From: Clostridiaceae bacterium
GTDB lineage: Bacteria > Bacillota > Clostridia > Saccharofermentanales > UBA5734
DNA length: 62,937 nucleotides
Assembly (NCBI GenBank): GCA_012727965.1
Contig: JAAYFZ010000016.1
Coordinates: 1-62,937, forward strand
Direction of reading: 5' to 3'
Shown one piece after another: positions 61,705-62,937 of the stretch. How positions within the stretch are numbered: the first letter of the stretch is position 1; the number at the start of each line of letters is the position of its first letter. The notes under the pieces were generated by a model. It was not told the origin of the DNA, ran no database searches, and saw only the letters and a list, made by a program, of their open reading frames with translations. Both the position numbers and the translations under genes were made by a program.

Positions 61705-61765
61705 ACAAGCGGAACTTTTTATATCGTCATGTCGTCAAAGAGTCAAGAGTGAAGGAGGTATGATT

Positions 61766-62937
61766 ATGAAACTGCTAAGTAAAGCTCAAATATTAATTGC
61801 CGGCCTATTGACTTTTGCCATGATATTATCTGGCTGCAGTTCAGTTGAAAAAGAAGTCAAGAAACCTTCTGAACATAAGGACGAAGTTGATCAGCTGCTA
61901 CATGCAGATAGCCATGAAGCACTGCTTAAGCTACTTAAAAACAGTGAGGGCAGCAAGCAGGACTATTATGGTTTCGCAGCGGATGGTGCGACCAGAGAGA
62001 CTTTTGCAGAAACAAATATGGAGTCATCCGCACAGGATGCTGGCGATTCTGAAGATAGCTATAGTGGTACGAATATTCAGACAGCCGGTGTTGATGAGGC
62101 TGATATCATAAAAACCGATGGCAGTTATCTCTACGTTATGGCCAATAATCGGATCGTGATCATGGATATAAGAGATCCGCTAAATATGAAACAGGCATCA
62201 GTTCTTGAATGGCAGGCTCATTTAGAAACTGCTGAAGGTGCCAGCGGTGAATATCCGGTGGAGGTATATCTTGATACCGAGAGAGGCCTCTTGACGGTGC
62301 TTACTCAAGGTTTCAGCTATAGTTACTATAGCGGACCGCAGACAGATGAGAAGGCTGAAGAATCAATGACTGAGCCTGCTTCGGATAATGGCAATGCTTC
62401 AGATGATTTAATTGCTCCGGATATGAGAATATCTCCGATCATTGCCAATAGGGATTTTGCCGGAGTATATGTTTATGATATCAATGATCCCGGCGCTCCT
62501 GCTCTGAAGCGCAGTTTCTCACAGGATGGCAGCTATGTGAGTTCAAGGCGAATCAACGGCAGTGTATATGTAGTCAGTCAGAAATACAGCTACGGCTTGT
62601 ATCAGAGAATAGATGATGGCGCTTATGCAGAGGCTGATCTGCTGCCTTCGGTCAGTCAGGATGGTTCTGCAGAGAGCTACAAACTACTGCCAGCTGATCA
62701 AATCATGGCAGTTCCTGCTGGGGATCACCAGAATCAGGCAGTTATCAGTACTATCGATACGGATAATCTGACAGCTGATATCAAGAGTTTAGCAGTACTT
62801 GGTTCATCGGGAATTGTATATTCTTCCAATAATTATCTCTATCTGGCTGCGCAGCGCAATGTGTATCCGGAATATGACGAAGAGCAAACAGGTGGTGTGA
62901 CTGCTGAGTCTGCAGGTGCTGATGATATTGTCTCTAA
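61766..62937 (+). CDS. Secreted lipoprotein with beta-propeller domain (PF09826-like), 3' end outside window; not in the ORF track
   Basis: My own translation is MKLLSKAQILIAGLLTFAMILSGCSS (lipobox LSGC)...TNIQTAGVDEADIIKTDGSYLYVMANNRIVIMDI.... The frame stays open to the window end. GAAGGAGG lies 7 nt upstream. Confidence 0.75.
   Translation, partial: MKLLSKAQILIAGLLTFAMILSGCSSVEKEVKKPSEHKDEVDQLLHADSHEALLKLLKNSEGSKQDYYGFAADGATRETFAETNMESSAQDAGDSEDSYSGTNIQTAGVDEADIIKTDGSYLYVMANNRIVIMDIRDPLNMKQASVLEWQAHLETAEGASGEYPVEVYLDTERGLLTVLTQGFSYSYYSGPQTDEKAEESMTEPASDNGNASDDLIAPDMRISPIIANRDFAGVYVYDINDPGAPALKRSFSQDGSYVSSRRINGSVYVVSQKYSYGLYQRIDDGAYAEADLLPSVSQDGSAESYKLLPADQIMAVPAGDHQNQAVISTIDTDNLTADIKSLAVLGSSGIVYSSNNYLYLAAQRNVYPEYDEEQTGGVTAESAGADDIVS

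Noticed and set aside
61845-62111. 88-aa ORF-track entry in the last 1.2 kb
   Set aside because: It is out of frame within a much longer open frame (61766 to the window end). That longer frame has an SD, a lipoprotein signal peptide and recognisable beta-propeller-family motifs.

Overview
About 63 kb of chromosome from a Clostridia-class Firmicute. The lineage call rests on a SCIFF peptide/maturase pair, a type-A RNase P RNA, and Firmicute gene orders (dnaG-sigA-trmK-nif3, acpP-rnc-smc-ftsY, ylxM-ffh-rpsP-KH-rimM-trmD-rplS-rbgA-rnhB-yraN). Most of the window is densely packed + strand housekeeping: tRNA modification (trmFO, queA, tgt, trmK, trmD), replication/repair (dnaG, recA-recX, ftsK, smc), translation (rpsO, pnp, rpsP, rplS), SRP (ftsY, ffh), and lysine, proline, folate and purine genes. 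Many adjacent genes have overlapping stop/start codons. One accessory block (about 16.9-32.2 kb) sits between pnp and proC. It holds a GH2-like protein, a GH5/GH16 beta-glucanase cassette bracketed by tRNA-Pro and tRNA-Trp, two AraC-type regulators (one membrane-embedded) and a five-gene sugar ABC locus with two binding proteins. I recognised no CRISPR array, transposase, integrase, prophage or canonical defence system. Items worth a second look: (1) a 48-codon SCIFF radical-SAM peptide precursor absent from the supplied ORF track (shortest entry 60 aa), followed by its maturase; (2) smc interrupted by a single in-frame TAG; (3) a GH2 (LacZ-like) protein that appears to have lost both catalytic glutamates and the metal ligands; (4) a membrane AraC regulator paired with a TM-anchored binding protein, with 14-nt direct repeats in the shared promoter region; (5) a 13-codon uORF overlapping the purB start as ATGA; (6) Arg-rich disordered tails on PNPase and YgiQ. 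All homology calls are by eye from the translations, with no searches run. RNA and regulatory boundaries are approximate to a few nt.
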